Source of the DNA: Nitrosopumilus sp.
Lineage (GTDB): Archaea > Thermoproteota > Nitrososphaeria > Nitrososphaerales > Nitrosopumilaceae
DNA length: 64,000 nt
Reading direction: 5' to 3'
Assembly (NCBI GenBank): GCA_965218785.1
Contig: OZ244650.1
Location: forward strand, 640,001-704,000
The position numbers were made by a program, and so were the translations under genes. Below are positions 40,957-50,953 of the stretch, one piece after another; position 1 is the stretch's first letter, and each line of letters begins with the position of its first letter. The notes beneath the pieces are model-generated. The model did not search any database. It saw nothing but the letters and a program-made list of their open reading frames with translations, and was not told the origin of the DNA.

Positions 40957-40983
40957 TGTGTACAATTTTAACACATTAAAATT

Positions 40984-42696
40984 ATGGAGATTGAATTGAT
41001 GAATAAAATGGAAACTATGACTGGTGCCAAGGCCCTGATGACGGCCATGGAAAAGGAGGGTGTCAAACAAGTGTTTGGCCTGCCTGGAGGTGCAAACCTT
41101 CCGATGTATGATGAATTTGCTAGATGTAATATTAGACATATTCTGGCAAGACACGAACAATCTGCTGCCCATATGGCTGACGGTTTTGGCAGAGTCAGCA
41201 GAAAACCGGGTGTCTGCTTTGCAACATCCGGACCCGGTGCCACCAACATACTGACTGGAATTGCAACAGCACAAGCTGATTCTGCACCGATGATTGCAGT
41301 AACCGGTCAGGTGCCAGTTGCGATGATCGGAAAGGACGCATTTCAGGAAAGTGATATCATTGGAATGGCAAACCCCGTTGTAAAATATGCATACCAGCCA
41401 AGAACAGCCGCTGAAATTCCAGAAGCAGTAAAAAAAGGATTTTACATTGCAGAAACTGGCAGACCGGGACCTGTATTAATTGACATTCCAAAGGACGTTC
41501 AAACAGAAAAGGCGGAGATGAAATTTCCAGATGAATTTAGGATACAAGGTTATCATCCCTGGACTGATCCTGATATTACTGCATGTGAAAAAGCAGTTGA
41601 CATGTTACTTCATTCAGAAAAACCAATCATCCTGGCCGGAGGTGGAACTATCATCTCATCGGCATTTGCTGAATTACAATCTATTGCTGAAACCCTTATG
41701 CTTCCGGTAGTTACTACATTCAAAGGCAAGGGGGCGTTTCCTGAAACCCATCCTTTGTCCTTGGGTCCGATTGGAATGCATGGACATGCAGAGGCAAACA
41801 AAATGATGACAGAAGCTGACTGCGTCCTGGCAATAGGAACCCGTTTCTCTGATAGATCAGTTGGAACCTTTGAGACATTTGAAAAGAGACTCAAAATTAT
41901 CCACATGGATGTAGATCCCGCAGAGATTGGTAAAAACCAAACGGCCCAGGTTGCAGTAGTTGGCGATGTCAAGGCATCCCTCCGAATAATGATAAAATTA
42001 CTTTTGCAAAGGGCAGTCAAAAAAACCGAAGAGAATACCTGGATCAAACATGTTAAAGAGACCAAAGCATACTGGAAGGAGAACCTGAAACTTCATCCCG
42101 GCGAAATGGGCGCAGCTAAAATTTTACGCAAGCTCCGTGAACTGTTACCTCCAAAAGCCATTGTAACTACTGAAGTGGGACAACACCAGATGTGGGCGTC
42201 ATTATTTTATGATGTAATTCAACCCGGTACTTTTTTTAGCTCCACCGGACTTGGTACCATGGGCTGGGGATTTCCGGCATCAATTGGTGCCAAGGTGGCA
42301 CGCCCTGACGTTCCCGTAGTTGATATTGCAGGTGATGGCAGCTTTGCGATGACTGAAAACTCTCTTGCAACCTGCATACAGGAGGATATTCCGGTGATTG
42401 TATTTATCCTAAATAATTCCTCATTAGGAATGGTGGCTCAATGGCAGAGAACCTTCTATCAGAGAAGAATGATCGGAGTGGAGCAAAATCACTGCCCTGA
42501 TTATGTTAAACTGGCAGAATCCTACGGAGCTCAGGGAATCCGTGCACAGTCCATGGATGAGCTTGACAAGGCAATAAAATCGGCACTAGGCAGTGAAGTT
42601 GCCACCGTAATTGATATTCCAATTGATCCAGAAGAAGACGTATTGCCATTTGTAGCCCCGGGAACTTCGCTTGAGGATATGATCCTGCCATCATAG
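40984..42696 (+). CDS. ilvB: acetolactate synthase large subunit (start may be 40999)
   Basis: FGLPGG, RHEQ, TSGPGATN, GDGSF...NN TPP-binding motif. Confidence 0.96.
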   Translation: MEIELMNKMETMTGAKALMTAMEKEGVKQVFGLPGGANLPMYDEFARCNIRHILARHEQSAAHMADGFGRVSRKPGVCFATSGPGATNILTGIATAQADSAPMIAVTGQVPVAMIGKDAFQESDIIGMANPVVKYAYQPRTAAEIPEAVKKGFYIAETGRPGPVLIDIPKDVQTEKAEMKFPDEFRIQGYHPWTDPDITACEKAVDMLLHSEKPIILAGGGTIISSAFAELQSIAETLMLPVVTTFKGKGAFPETHPLSLGPIGMHGHAEANKMMTEADCVLAIGTRFSDRSVGTFETFEKRLKIIHMDVDPAEIGKNQTAQVAVVGDVKASLRIMIKLLLQRAVKKTEENTWIKHVKETKAYWKENLKLHPGEMGAAKILRKLRELLPPKAIVTTEVGQHQMWASLFYDVIQPGTFFSSTGLGTMGWGFPASIGAKVARPDVPVVDIAGDGSFAMTENSLATCIQEDIPVIVFILNNSSLGMVAQWQRTFYQRRMIGVEQNHCPDYVKLAESYGAQGIRAQSMDELDKAIKSALGSEVATVIDIPIDPEEDVLPFVAPGTSLEDMILPS

Positions 42697-43187
42697 TGAT
42701 TATCATGTGGGCGATTCTTTCTCTAGTAGTTGAAAACAAACCTGGAATCCTGTTTAAGGTAACGCATCTTTTCCGCTCAAGAAACTTTAACATAGACAGC
42801 ATTTCTGTAGGTGTAATGGAAAATCCAGAATACTCCAAAATGACCATAACGACTTATGGCAATGAAAAACAGGTGGCACAGATCGTAAAGCAGCTTGATA
42901 AAATGATAGACACCATAGAAGTCAAGCACCTAGATGAGCACAAAACAGTGTATAGGGAACTCTGTCTTTTTAAGATAAAACTATGTAATGCAAATGACAG
43001 CATGGAAGTAAACAAGATCGCCAATGCATACGGCGGCAAAGTACACGATGTGAAAAAAGAGTCACTTATGGTGGAACTGACTGCCACTCCTGATCAAATC
43101 CATGCATTTGAGGAATTAGTAAAGCCGTTTGGAATACTTGATGCTGCACGTACCGGTGTTGCCGCATTACAGAGAAGTGGGGCATGA
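42696..43187 (+). CDS. ilvH: acetolactate synthase regulatory subunit
   Basis: ACT domain VENKPGIL...FNIDSISVG; ARTG near C-terminus. Confidence 0.93.
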   Translation: MIIMWAILSLVVENKPGILFKVTHLFRSRNFNIDSISVGVMENPEYSKMTITTYGNEKQVAQIVKQLDKMIDTIEVKHLDEHKTVYRELCLFKIKLCNANDSMEVNKIANAYGGKVHDVKKESLMVELTATPDQIHAFEELVKPFGILDAARTGVAALQRSGA

Positions 43188-44689
43188 ACGTCAGAATATT
43201 TGATACGACATTACGTGATGGAGAGCAAACCATCGGTGTTTCGTTATCCCCGGATCAAAAATTAGCCATTGCAAAAAGACTCGACGAACTCGGAGTTGAT
43301 GCAATAGAGGCCGGTTTTCCAGTAATTTCCGAAGGTGAATTCAAGGCAGTAAAAATGATTGCCAGTGAAGGACTGTCTTGCGAAATTGCAGGACTGGCTA
43401 GAACCATCAGGAAGGACATCGATGCTGTAGTAGATGCCAGATTAAACTACGTCCACACGTTTATTGCAACTTCTGATATTCATCTAAAAGACAAGCTCCA
43501 TATGAGCAGGGATCAGGCATTGGAAAAAGCAGTTGAAGCAGTAGAGTATGGAAAATCCCGCGGACTGCAGGTGGAATTTTCTGCAGAAGATGCTACGAGG
43601 ACTGACAGGGAGTTTTTGAAAAAAGTCTTTGACAAAGTCGCCAAAGCTGGAGCTGACAGGGTCAACATTCCTGATACCGTGGGGTATTGCACCCCTGAAT
43701 ACATGGCAGAACTAACAAGGGATACAGTCAAAGTGACAAACCTTCCGGTAAGTGTCCACTGTCATAATGACTTTGGACTGGCAGTCGCCAACGCCCTATC
43801 TGGAATTCATGCAGGAGCCACGTGTGCACATGTTACAATTAATGGAATAGGCGAACGTGCAGGAAATGCATCGCTAGAAGAGTTCTCCATGGCATTAAAA
43901 TGCCTCCCATACGAGCAAAAATATGAAACTGGCATCAAATCCAAATTAATCTATGATACATCCAGATACATTTCAAAGGTTGTAGGCATCAAAGTTCAGC
44001 CAAACAAGGCAATTGTTGGCGATAACGCGTTTGGACACGAGTCTGGAATTCACACTCATGGTGTGCTAAGTAATCCGCTTACTTATGAGCCAATCAGTCC
44101 CGAACTGGTTGGAAGACGGAGGCGATTAAAGATTGGAAAGCATGCGGGAATCCACGGAATGAATGCGATGCTTGCAGACTTTGGTGTCAAACCAACTGCG
44201 GAGCAATCACAACAAATCTTAGAGAGAGTCAAGACAATAGCTGATCAAGGAAAACTGATCACTGATGTTGAATTGCTCTCTATTGCAAGCAAAGTTTTAG
44301 GCGAGGAGGGAATCAAAAGAATTGTCCAACTGACCGGGTTTTCAGTATCTACTGGAATCGGAACAATGCCTTATGCATTTGTCAAATTAAATATTGATGG
44401 AATCGAGTACGTCGGAACTGATCATGGTGTCGGTCCAGTTGACGCATCGCTTAATGCAATTCAAAAGATTACCGGAAAAATTTCAGAGATTAGAATCAAA
44501 GACTATGCCCTGGAATCAATTTCCGGCGGTTCTACTGCATCGTGCGGGGTTACAATCAGCGTAGAGGACGCACATGGCAACAGGGTCTCTGCAAAATCAG
44601 TCGGTGAAGACATTGTGACTACAAGTGTCAAGGCAGTTATTGACGGTATTAACAGAATTATGCTCAAAAAGATGCTTAAAGACAAATAG
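43184..44689 (+). CDS. leuA: 2-isopropylmalate/citramalate synthase
   Basis: DTTLRDGEQ, HCHND, GERAGN, HESGIH, GVGPVDA regulatory domain. Confidence 0.9.
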   Translation: MNVRIFDTTLRDGEQTIGVSLSPDQKLAIAKRLDELGVDAIEAGFPVISEGEFKAVKMIASEGLSCEIAGLARTIRKDIDAVVDARLNYVHTFIATSDIHLKDKLHMSRDQALEKAVEAVEYGKSRGLQVEFSAEDATRTDREFLKKVFDKVAKAGADRVNIPDTVGYCTPEYMAELTRDTVKVTNLPVSVHCHNDFGLAVANALSGIHAGATCAHVTINGIGERAGNASLEEFSMALKCLPYEQKYETGIKSKLIYDTSRYISKVVGIKVQPNKAIVGDNAFGHESGIHTHGVLSNPLTYEPISPELVGRRRRLKIGKHAGIHGMNAMLADFGVKPTAEQSQQILERVKTIADQGKLITDVELLSIASKVLGEEGIKRIVQLTGFSVSTGIGTMPYAFVKLNIDGIEYVGTDHGVGPVDASLNAIQKITGKISEIRIKDYALESISGGSTASCGVTISVEDAHGNRVSAKSVGEDIVTTSVKAVIDGINRIMLKKMLKDK

Positions 44690-44731
44690 TTGGGCTAAAT
44701 CCTAAAATTCCCTTTATTTGTAGGGGTATAC

Positions 44732-45745
44732 ATGTACAAAATATCGTTAATTACCGGTGATGGAATTGGTCCGGAATTGTCTGATTCTGCAGTCTCTGTT
44801 TTAGAAACAATCCATGACAGGATGGATCTAAAGTTTGATATTACAAAACTGTCTGCCGGTGACAGGGCCCTGGCAGAAACCGGTAAGGCACTACCTGATC
44901 AAACAGTCGAGACGATCAAAAATTCCGATGCCTGTATCAAGGCACCTGTTGGAGAATCAGCAGCTGATGTCATTGTTGTGTTGCGGCGAATGCTTGACTT
45001 GTATGCCAATATACGTCCGGCAAAGTCATACCCGCACATGCCTGCACTGCGTGATGATATTGACATGGTAATAGTCCGTGAAAACACCGAGGATCTTTAT
45101 ACGGGAAAGGAATTCAGCTTGGGGGATTCTGCAGTTGCACTGCGGATAATTTCTACACGTGCTTCAAAAAGAATCGCCAAATACGCGTTTGAAACTGCCA
45201 AACAGCGCGGTTCTATGAAAAAAGTAACATGTGTTCACAAATCAAACGTAATGAGAGTGACTGACGGATTGTTTGCCAAGGCATGCACTGATGTATCTGA
45301 AGATTATCCTGACATTGCGTTTGAGGAGATGTATGTAGATGCGTGTGCGATGAACCTGATTCGTCAACCAGAACAGTTCGATGTTATAGTAACTACCAAT
45401 CTGTTTGGGGACATCTTATCTGACGAGTCCTCCCAGGTTGTCGGTGGATTGGGAATGGCCCCTGCTGCCAATATTGGCGATAACTTTGCATTGTTTGAGC
45501 CGGTTCATGGAGCTGCATTTGATATTGCCGGACAAAACATTGCGAATCCCTCGTCTTTCTTGCTTTCCATCAAAATGATGTTTGATTGGCTTGGAGCAAA
45601 ACATAATGATTCCAGGTGTCTTCAAACAGGTCAAAAGCTGGAATCGACAATATTTGATCTGGTAAAATCCGGTGTTAAAACCAAGGATATTGGCGGGAAT
45701 ATGAGCACTACAGAGTTTACCCGGGCAGTTACAGACTGCCTTTAA
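44732..45745 (+). CDS. leuB: 3-isopropylmalate (isocitrate/isopropylmalate family) dehydrogenase
   Basis: GDGIGPE, RENTE, NLFGDILSDE, EPVHG; operon context. Confidence 0.85.
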   Translation: MYKISLITGDGIGPELSDSAVSVLETIHDRMDLKFDITKLSAGDRALAETGKALPDQTVETIKNSDACIKAPVGESAADVIVVLRRMLDLYANIRPAKSYPHMPALRDDIDMVIVRENTEDLYTGKEFSLGDSAVALRIISTRASKRIAKYAFETAKQRGSMKKVTCVHKSNVMRVTDGLFAKACTDVSEDYPDIAFEEMYVDACAMNLIRQPEQFDVIVTTNLFGDILSDESSQVVGGLGMAPAANIGDNFALFEPVHGAAFDIAGQNIANPSSFLLSIKMMFDWLGAKHNDSRCLQTGQKLESTIFDLVKSGVKTKDIGGNMSTTEFTRAVTDCL

Positions 45746-45749
45746 CTGA

Positions 45750-45757
45750 TTTTTTTT
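45750..45757 (+). terminator. oligo-T terminator candidate of the ilv-leu operon
   Basis: T8 run 4 nt after the leuB stop. Confidence 0.5.
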
Positions 45758-45934
45758 CTGTCAATTCTGGGATGTTATCATCCGGACTGAGAATTCTTTG
45801 ATGGAATTTGCAAATCTATTTCTGTCATTACAAGATCTGATCTTGGTACCCCCCCACCATCTTACAGAATAATTTCTAGTCTTTTTTATTACATCGGTGC
45901 TGGCTGATTTAATGACTCAAAAAGACTTGCGCCT

Positions 45935-46108
45935 TATTTGAATGCAGTAGAGATCTGGCATCAGGCAAAGAGGCGTTGCAGGTCTGAATATGCATCAATG
46001 TTTGATGTGCTATATCGGGTTTCCGAATATTTTAGTATGGTATGATCCTCTAAATGTTGAAAAACATCTGAAGAATTTTGATTGACGTCCTGAACTTTTG
46101 ATTGTCTG
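45935..46108 (+). mobile_element. IS630 3'-end remnant
   Basis: TATTTGAATG..GTAGA, CTGGCATCAGGCAAAG, TTCCGA.TATTTTAG and AACTTTTGAT match 47973-48155. Confidence 0.8.
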
Positions 46109-46384
46109 GACTGTTTTTCATCGGATCATCTTGAATCGTGTCCACAGTGTTTGCACATGTTTGGCAGTGATGCCAGAGTCTGCTATCTGTGTGGGTGTCA
46201 TTCCTTTTTACGCCCTCTGATCAGATATTGAAGGATTTCTCTGTCCATCTTTTTTATGCTTTTTTATGATCAGTGCAGTCAAATAATCCATTATCCTCCT
46301 TGGATCCTAGACTGACCTCTTTATATCATTGAAAATCTATCTTTACGTACAATCCTTTTTATAATCTGTTATATTATAACAACT

Positions 46385-46510
46385 ATGAACAGAAATACCA
46401 AGTTTCTACCATGTACAGATTCTTTTGGAAAAGAGGCAAGTATGCTTTCATGTTCATACAAGACTGTAGCAGAAGCGAAAAAGGCTATCTTAGAGGATCT
46501 GTCTGAATAG
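46385..46510 (+). CDS. 41-aa putative antitoxin
   Basis: MNRNTKFLPCTDSFGKEASMLSCSYKTVAEAKKAILEDLSE; ends 19 nt upstream of a RelE-like ORF. Confidence 0.55.
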   Translation: MNRNTKFLPCTDSFGKEASMLSCSYKTVAEAKKAILEDLSE

Positions 46511-46529
46511 ATAACATCAGTGAGTTAAC

Positions 46530-46817
46530 ATGTATGAGCTGAAGTTATCTAAACTTTTTAATAATCAAATTAAAATAATAGCCAAAAAATCCCAAACTAC
46601 TTTTTTAAATATTTGTGAAAGCTGGGATAACGTACACAAAATAATCAATGAATTGGGAAGGAAAGGAAACCCATTTCAAGTAGTCAAATTTGCAGAAAAA
46701 GTAAAGGGTAGAAAACTGTACATTATTTATCGTTTAATTGAAGACAAGAAACAACTTTGGGTAGAAACAATTGTAATAAAAAAATCTAAAGATAAATTTG
46801 TTATTTACCGTCCGTAA
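46530..46817 (+). CDS. RelE/ParE-like toxin
   Basis: Basic 95 aa; MYELKLSKLF...YIIYRLIEDKKQLWVETI pattern. Confidence 0.6.
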   Translation: MYELKLSKLFNNQIKIIAKKSQTTFLNICESWDNVHKIINELGRKGNPFQVVKFAEKVKGRKLYIIYRLIEDKKQLWVETIVIKKSKDKFVIYRP

Positions 46818-47064
46818 AATTAATCATTGGTTACAACAATTCCCTTATCTTTCACTATAAACTTTATTCTATCTGATCTTCACAACATTTTACCTATGGT
46901 TTTGACAATCTATAGTCAAAAGACAAAGTTGTGAATTAAAAATCATTCAAAAACAAAAGATTAGATGATTTTACTAAGATAAATACAAATAAGCAAATTG
47001 GAATATCTTGAAAATAACTCACAAACTTATGATTGTCATTATGAGAGAATTCTTTACTCATCTA

Positions 47065-48162
47065 TAGTGACACGCAAATGTTTTTGAGATCAATTGCATC
47101 AAACCAAAAACTACAAAGATCATCTTTCTCTTAAAACAGCATGAGATCAATCATACCGGAAGATTTCAAAAAAGCGTACAAAAAAGAAAAAGATCCAAAA
47201 ATAAGGCCAAGAATGCTTGCAGTACACATGTATTATGTACGTAACAAGGATGTGCAGGAGATAGCACAAGATCTACTGCAATGTCCCAACTGGGTCACTC
47301 GGTGGGTAGAACGCTTTGAAAAGGAGGGTCTTGATGGCTTCCGAGATCTTCCCAAATGCGGAAGACCTGTAAAAATTTCACACAAAAAAATGGATCAGAT
47401 AATCCTCAAAACATCCAGTGAACACATCACGCCGGTACAGCTGCAACAAATTTTATTTACAGAGACTGGAATTACACTTCACATAACACATGTTAGAAAG
47501 ATCATGCACAGATACAACTTGTCTCCAAAAAAACCAAATCTAATTAATGTAAATCGTGCAAATAAACGTACAGTATCCAACTGGAAATACCATCTAAAAA
47601 AGAAGATCCCACGCCTAGAAAAGAAATGATATGCCATATGTGTCGAGGACGAATCAATAATGATCCATGATCCGATGGTTGGCAACAAATACTGGTCGCT
47701 TGTAAACCATTCCATATCGATGCCGTACACCAGAAAGCATCAAAGAATCATTATGTATGGTTCTATTACAAAAGATGGAAGACAATTTTTTAGAGCATGT
47801 GAAAAATTCAATGCAGATACATTTGTGTCGTATCTTAAGAAATTAAAAAGAAAATGTGGCAAAGTTGCAGTAATCTTGGATAGGGCGCCACAGCATCGCG
47901 CAAAAGTTGTCAGGAAATTTTTTTAAGAAAAAATCCAAATATTAAATTAATTTACCTTCCAAAAGGTTCTCCATATTTGAATGTGGTAGAAGAGTGCTGG
48001 CATCAGGCAAAGCGGGAGTTGCTGGTCTCTGAATATTATGTATCAATGTCTGAGATGACGTATAGGATTTCCGAGTATTTTAGAACTGCGATTCTATCTG
48101 GATATTGAAAAATATCTGAATAGAATTCCTATATTGATCTCATAAACTTTTGATCGTCACTA
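47065..48162 (+). mobile_element. full-length IS630-family element with disrupted transposase
   Basis: Imperfect TIRs TAGTGACacgcAAAtGTTT / AAACtTTTgatcGTCACTA, TA on both flanks; HTH ORF 47141-47629, in-frame TGA, then EDES, ILDRAPQH, frameshift in T-run, SPYLNVVEECW. Confidence 0.93.
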
Positions 48163-48689
48163 TATGTACAGAAATCCGTGATATAGATTAATAGTGATGG
48201 GAGTGTAGATTTCATATCATGAAGAGGTACAAAAACACATTCGGTCCACCCCATCTAAAAACCGAATGGCTTACGTTGCCCAACATTTTGCAGGGTCTTA
48301 CTATGGGACTGTTCAAATACGAGGACATTCCAGAAGAGATAAAGTCAGACCAGCAGCCGTACCTTGCCAAGAGAAAAGAAACCGCTACGTAATTTCTTGA
48401 ACCTAAAGTTGACAAAAGTACTGTATAATCTTCGGGATCTAACTCTAATTTGGGTGGATCAAATCACATGTAACTAGGAGCGTTCAGGAACAGATCTCAT
48501 GAATTTGAATACTGCAAGAATAGTAAGAGATCGTAACCCACTCTGGTTTATCTTCGTTCATATCAAATTTTCTCTCCTTATCTTTTAATTATGCCATTTC
48601 ATATATCGTAATTAGTATTTATTCAGATCCCTGTACTTCACAGTACCAAAATTACCAATTTTTATTAATTGGGGTTTTCATGTCATATT

Positions 48690-48821
48690 ATGACAGTTTG
48701 CTGCATCTGTAAAATCGCTGAGGCTACACTCAAAATCACTGACGGCAATCCAAAATACAAGGGAAAACCAATATGCAAGGAATGCAGTGATTATCGTAAA
48801 TTACTAAAAGACACAAAGTAA
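48690..48821 (+). CDS. 43-aa zinc-finger microprotein
   Basis: MTVCCICKIAEATLKITDGNPKYKGKPICKECSDYRKLLKDTK; TTTATTAA at 48661. Confidence 0.7.
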   Translation: MTVCCICKIAEATLKITDGNPKYKGKPICKECSDYRKLLKDTK

Positions 48822-49067
48822 CTATTCCACTTTTGGCTTGTTCTTTTTCACCCACTCTTCATACATTTTGATCAATTCATCTACATCCTTTCCGTCTTCA
48901 GAATATGTCAGAATTACCCCAAACGTCCCTTTCCCATCATGCCCTCTTGCAAAATACCCCCAGAAGGAATCAGGTAATTTTTGAAAGCTCTTCGAGTCGT
49001 GTGATACGCCAATCAGGTTGTTCCCAATTACCTCGACTACTTTTTTTGCATCATCTGGTTTTATCAT
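48822..49067 (-). CDS. hypothetical protein
   Basis: 81-aa ORF starting 1 nt after the aspS stop. Confidence 0.8.
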   Translation of the reverse strand: MIKPDDAKKVVEVIGNNLIGVSHDSKSFQKLPDSFWGYFARGHDGKGTFGVILTYSEDGKDVDELIKMYEEWVKKNKPKVE

Positions 49068-49068
49068 A

Positions 49069-50355
49069 TTACGGACTCAGCCTGTCGGGATCCCTTGGGT
49101 ATAACACCACTTCACGTACGTTGTCAATTCCAATAAGCGTGGTCATCAATCTGTCCAACCCCATCCCCCATCCGGAATGTGGTGGCATTCCCCAATCAAA
49201 TGTCTTTAGATGGTCTGTAAACTGTGCCGGATTCAACCCCTGCTCTTCTAGTCTGGCTTTTAGCATATCTGAATTGTGAAGTCTGGTTCCACCAGATGAT
49301 AATTCCAGATATCCAAACTGTAAATCAAATGACCGTGACAATGTCGGATCCTCGTCTTTTTCCCTGATGTAAAACGGTTTTAGCTTCATTGGCCAGTCAG
49401 TCAGAAAGAAAAATCCAGGATGCGCGTCTCCGATAATTCTAAGATGTGAATCAAGCAGGTCATCTCCAAATTCTATCTTTTCACCTGCCTTCTTGAGCTC
49501 CTCTACACATTGACTGTATGTGATTCTCTCAAATGGTGATTCTGGAATCTCAATAGTGTGGCCAATAACATGCTGTTCTGCCTTGCAGTTCTCTGCTGCC
49601 ATCTTGTATACCTCCATTACCAGAGATTCTAATATATCCATAACGTCATCGTAATCCATAAACGCCGCTTCAATGTCAACACTGGTAAACTCACTTAGGT
49701 GCCTTCCCGTATGGGAATTTTCTGCACGATAAAAGTTTGAAATCTCAAACACCCGCTCCAATCCTATCGTCATCTGTTCCTTGTATAACTGCGGACTCTG
49801 TGCAAGATATGCGGTTTTTCCAAAATAATCCAGTGAAAATAAATTTGCACCGCCTTCGCTTGCACTACCTATGATTTTAGGGGTTGTAATTTCTATGAAT
49901 TTTTTTTCAGTCAGGCTTTTGCGTAATGACTGCAATACATGGTGTCTGAGTTTAAAAATTGAAGCGGTCTTTTGATTTCTCATATCCAATGCGCGGTGGT
50001 TTAACCTCGTATCGATGTTGCTCTCTAGCCTGCCGATGGGGTCTACTGGCAACGGATGTACTGCTTTTCCTAAAACTTTTATCTCCTCTGCCTTTATTTC
50101 AAATGAAAAATCCCTCGCCTTGGTTTCTTGTACGATCCCTTTCACACTAACAGCGCTTTGGCGGTTGATTTCACCGAGATCATCGTTGAGTTTGTCTTTT
50201 ACAATCACCTGAGAGATTCCTGAAACATCGCGCAATGTGATAAATGACATTTTGCCCAGTCTGCGAAGATCCTCGATCCATCCTCCCAACACGACTTGTT
50301 CCCCAATTAGTTCTGATGTAAGATCTGCAATATCGTGAGTTTTGACAAAAACCAT
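49069..50355 (-). CDS. aspS: archaeal-type aspartyl-tRNA synthetase
   Basis: OB-fold N-terminus, LAQSPQLYK, YRAE, GMPPHSGWGMGLDR, YPRD. Confidence 0.96.
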   Translation of the reverse strand: MVFVKTHDIADLTSELIGEQVVLGGWIEDLRRLGKMSFITLRDVSGISQVIVKDKLNDDLGEINRQSAVSVKGIVQETKARDFSFEIKAEEIKVLGKAVHPLPVDPIGRLESNIDTRLNHRALDMRNQKTASIFKLRHHVLQSLRKSLTEKKFIEITTPKIIGSASEGGANLFSLDYFGKTAYLAQSPQLYKEQMTIGLERVFEISNFYRAENSHTGRHLSEFTSVDIEAAFMDYDDVMDILESLVMEVYKMAAENCKAEQHVIGHTIEIPESPFERITYSQCVEELKKAGEKIEFGDDLLDSHLRIIGDAHPGFFFLTDWPMKLKPFYIREKDEDPTLSRSFDLQFGYLELSSGGTRLHNSDMLKARLEEQGLNPAQFTDHLKTFDWGMPPHSGWGMGLDRLMTTLIGIDNVREVVLYPRDPDRLSP

Positions 50356-50358
50356 CGT

Positions 50359-50871
50359 CTATCTTTTATCCTCAAATTCTATCTCAATGTCAAGGTTTCG
50401 GGCATTTTTTACAATTTGCACGACTTTTTCCGTATCTATTGGAAATTTACGTGTCCATTTGCCGGAAATCACGGCTTTGGTCTTTTGAACTCCGCCAGGC
50501 ACCCAGACTGAGTTTATTGATAGAACCTTGGTCGGAAAAAGGAGGTCCTCTATGAATTTTTTATCTGTCTCCTCTGCCTCAATAAGCCAAAGCTTGTCTT
50601 CAAACTGGTCCTGAAGTATCCCATACAAAGTACGGCTTTGCCTTATCTTCATTATGTCGTTTTTTGCCAGCGTTAAAACGAAATTTCCCTCAACTCTACT
50701 GCAAGAATACATGGTAAAATCCTCGATTTTATTATTTGACTTTGCAATTTTTGCAAGAATAATTGATGCATCCACGTCAACTTGCGTGATCTCCTTTGAT
50801 TCCACCTTTCCTTCACATTGGGGACATAAAACAGCATTTTTTGCATCAAAACCACAAATTGGAAGCTTCAT
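50359..50871 (-). CDS. archaeal NusA-like protein with N-terminal Zn ribbon
   Basis: MKLPICGFD...LCPQCE. Confidence 0.75.
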   Translation of the reverse strand: MKLPICGFDAKNAVLCPQCEGKVESKEITQVDVDASIILAKIAKSNNKIEDFTMYSCSRVEGNFVLTLAKNDIMKIRQSRTLYGILQDQFEDKLWLIEAEETDKKFIEDLLFPTKVLSINSVWVPGGVQKTKAVISGKWTRKFPIDTEKVVQIVKNARNLDIEIEFEDKR

Positions 50872-50953
50872 TTAATCAACTTTTATCATTCTGATAATGT
50901 TGTTTATATCCCTTGGTGCAAAACAAAAATTCTAGTTTGGATCTAACAAAGAC

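Noticed and set aside
46115-46290. Short minus-strand ORFs (e.g. MTPTQIADSGITAKHVQTLWTRFK)
   Set aside because: Look like a decayed transposase HTH fragment rather than genes
48220-48392. 57-aa plus-strand ORF beside the IS630 end
   Set aside because: No recognisable motif or supporting context; left uncalled
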